In this document: one piece after another, positions 61,185 to 64,000 of the stretch
Numbering within the stretch: the first letter of the stretch is position 1
Layout: each line of letters starts with the position of its first letter
Origin: Macrostomum lignano
Taxonomy: Eukaryota
Assembly: GCA_002269645.1 (NCBI GenBank)
Contig: NIVC01000794.1
Span: forward strand, 104,008-168,007
Length of the DNA stretch: 64,000 bases
Direction of reading: 5' to 3'
Made by a program: the position numbers and the translations under genes
Notes under the pieces: model-generated
What the model saw: only the letters and a program-made list of their open reading frames with translations
Databases searched by the model: none
What the model was told of the DNA's origin: nothing

Positions 61185-64000
61185 CTAAACCCAATATCCA
61201 CCTCCTAAACCTAACCTCCAGTGCCCGAACGGTAGACTGTTAATATTGTCATCAAAAATGAATCTCTTGTTATCTGCACCTGACAGTCCAATCTTCTTTT
61301 GCTGAATTGTGTGAATAATATGGTTTTTAGATTGTAGCTTTGAGAACTCATGTGATGTCTTTTTGTTGCAATTCAAGGCGTCTCTGTATTCAGCTTCATT
61401 AATTTCCTTCCTAACCACACGTTTCGGAATTCCCTTTGATTTTTTATTGGGTCTGACGACTCACATTTTATAAAATAGGACTTTGCTCTCAACCCAATGA
61501 ATTCAGTGATTATGTCACCAGCAATCTCGTCCTTCATTTTCCCAATCACTTTCTTGTTAGTGCGTCAAACACTTGATCACCATTCAGCGTCCTGCAAGAT
61601 TCGTCATACTCAGACAAGTCAAACAACTCTTTTTGCTGCAGCATGTCCTGATAAATGTCTTCTGTTTGAATGTCCATAATAAAACTGTCTGTGTCAGTGT
61701 ACAAGAGTTTCATTTTATCCTTGTACTGCTGCTTCATGCCATAGAAGAACTGGTACATCAGACGTTTTGATTCGTCGAGAACAGTGACACCTGTATAGAT
61801 CGGCTTGCGCAGCGTCACCTTGGTTTTGTAAAATATGATCACACCTAAGTAGCTATTAAAGATATGGAGTTCTTTGAATGTTGGCTTTGACATATTTGCC
61901 TGAATAACAGCAGGCTCTGATGAGGTAACAAGTTTCAGGTTTGTTCTTTTCCGCTCATTCTCAAGAGTCTTGCCATAGACAGAGTTGTTGGCCAACTTAA
62001 AGAGGTTCTTGTCAAAGTCGTTGGTTGCTTTGGTCCTAAACTGGGTGTTCTTATCAAATGTAGGGTTTCATCCACGCTTCCTCTGTAAATGTAAGAGCCC
62101 TGTGAACTTTGGTGACCGTGCAACCCAGTGAGATAAAATACTGAAGCAGTTTGTAATGGATTTTGTAACGTGTCTTGTTGTTTAGATTCTGTGTTAGTTT
62201 CTCTGTATGTTCTTTTTCTGTTCCTGACAGGTGCCAAGTTCCATTATTATCATTGGGAGTTTCGATTATTTTCGGGCACTTGATGTTCTCTGGGAAGGGT
62301 GGAAAGTCAGAGAAATAGTCGTGAAGCTCTGGTGGAATGTAAACATCAACCTCATAAATGGCAGCCAATGAAAAGTCCCATTTGAATTCTGATGAGGGTA
62401 GCCATCGAAAATCTCTAACTGGAAGATCTTGACTCATCGCCCACCCGTAGAGATTATTAGCGTCCAAGTAAGTAATGTAGTTTGAGGGCTTGCTCCTTAT
62501 TGTAAGATTCAATGTAGGGATTGTTTGCTTTTGCATACTGTTAACAAATTGAGATTCCCCCTCGCTTTGACGATTCGACAAAATTGTACATGTCAATGTC
62601 TGTAAGAAGTTCAATGTACCAATCTGGATCTTGATCCCATTTCATTTTAAGCAAAGATTCCCAGCTAGTGGCAGGCAGAGACACATAATGTGCTGGATCG
62701 AGGCCATATGCTGTGTACCAGGTGTCTCTGAAGGTTTCAAACACATCGCCAGCAGAAACACATCTGTGTAGAGGTAAAGCAGGTGATACTGGAAGAAGTT
62801 TTGACAATTAAAGTAATAGACATGCTTCGCGTGCTCATAGTCTTTGTCAGAGATTCCAGAGTCTGTTAGCTTTGAAAAGAACTTCTCTGTGGTGGTAAAC
62901 CTTCTTCAAATACGTGATACCCAGTAATATTTTCATAGGGGTAGAAGCCTTTGGTTCTCAGGAGTTTAAATGATTCATCAGTGTTGTTAATTTTACTTGC
63001 AAACATCTTTGTATATGTACATTGTTCATCTTTTAGATTCTTGCTTAGTTCGTCTAGACTGGCAGCTAGAAATTGATATGAATCCTTCAGTCTTATTTTA
63101 CCTGTACCCGAATTATCCTGTTTAATATCAACACACTTAAACTTCTCCTTGTTCTCTGCGATGCAATCAAGGTGTATGTCTGAATCATGCCGATTTTTTC
63201 AACTATTAAATGCATGTCATAGTTCTTTGCGTTGTGACAAAATATCGTTAGATCATGAATGTTCGATTTAGCTTTAGATTACAGGTGTTATGCGCTGCAC
63301 CTCTAAATTTCCCAGTAAAGTGGCAGTGGTCCCTAACGGTGGGGTTTTTAATATTAGTGCAAGTTAAATGTTTCCTGCAGATGTGGCAATGAGTTGCTGA
63401 TAGGAAATTACTTTCATCCTCCTCAGACATACTTATTGGAACAGGTTGAAGGGTGCTAATCACTTTTTGCAACTCTAACATTCTGGCAATAAACTGCTCC
63501 ACACACTGCTCTCCAAAGAAATAATTATACTCAACAAGTCCTTTTGTATTAATAAAGGCATACTGCACTGAATTGGGGATATGAGTTTGAGTTTGTTTTG
63601 AGTTGGAGTTTGTTTTTGAGTTGGAGTTTGTTTTTGAGTTTCTGGCACGATTGAGCATTCGAAATCAGCATATACAACAAATGGGAGCTTCTCCATCTTG
63701 TGATAGTTCTTAAACCGGAGATACTTCTCTTCAGCTGAAGGAAGAGAGCAGTTTGTCGGGTGATCCTCGCATGATAATTCATGCTCTGTTAGTTTTCAAA
63801 GCGTTCAGGCCACTGTAATGCTTAAGGCACAAGCGGCAGATGGCAACAGCCTCGTGATGATTATTCAACTGCTTGTGAATGAGTCTGAAAGATCTTTAAT
63901 CCAAACATAGTGAGCCTCCTCTAGTAATTACAATCACTAGAAGATCCACTTCAGTCCGCCTTTTCCCCTCGGATCTAAAACGTCTTTGCTACATCTGACC
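61185..64000 (-). pseudogene. Protein-primed family B DNA polymerase, multiple frameshifts, 5' end at or beyond the window edge
   Basis: VYADFEC, VRDHCHFTGKFRGAAH, KGFYPY, YLDANNLYGWAMSQ (motif A), ANNSVYGKT (motif B), YTDTDSF (motif C), DNKRF..SLPFGH. Confidence 0.92.

Larger units (their letters stand above)
53581..64000. mobile_element. Polinton/Maverick (adintovirus-like) endogenous element, runs off the window end
   Basis: Dense intronless AT-rich gene block with capsid, penton, packaging ATPase, adenain protease and pPolB. The left boundary is tentative (AGAGTAG at 53581, then about 83-bp direct repeats at 53628-53900); no integrase within the window. Confidence 0.9.

Noticed and set aside
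53581-64000. Retroviral-type integrase of the Polinton
   Set aside because: No DDE/rve motifs were seen in the window; it may lie beyond position 64000.

Overview
Animal (invertebrate-type) nuclear DNA, rich in repeats and mobile elements; the species cannot be determined from the sequence. (1) 0.4-17.4 kb is a transposon-dense block. Its core (about 2.9-15 kb) is a head-to-tail array of six intronless Crypton-type tyrosine recombinase (YR) units on the + strand: two intact, one frameshifted, one truncated and two internally deleted. The spacers carry 19 exact copies of CCATAGAC/GTCTATGG in both orientations (about 0.4 expected by chance), with nested and interleaved inverted repeats. Harbinger, Tc1-like, 8-bp-TSD foldback, SINE and MITE insertions surround or interrupt the array. 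(2) About 20-43 kb holds a minus-strand PFTAIRE kinase (CDK14/Eip63E-like) gene: seven well-supported exons plus three phase-compatible candidate 5' exons. Its introns contain minisatellites, an (ATG)n tract carrying a Gypsy element with apparently identical LTRs and a degraded 2A-containing LINE, and a 2.5-kb 8-bp-TSD DNA transposon. (3) 46.5-47.8 kb is an achaete-scute family bHLH gene. (4) About 53.6-64 kb is a frameshift-riddled Polinton/Maverick (adintovirus-like) element with penton, major capsid, packaging ATPase, adenain protease and pPolB, running off the window end. All calls are from visual reading and motif recognition; no database searches were run. The best candidate for an undescribed system is the YR cassette array with its repeated recombination-like sites.
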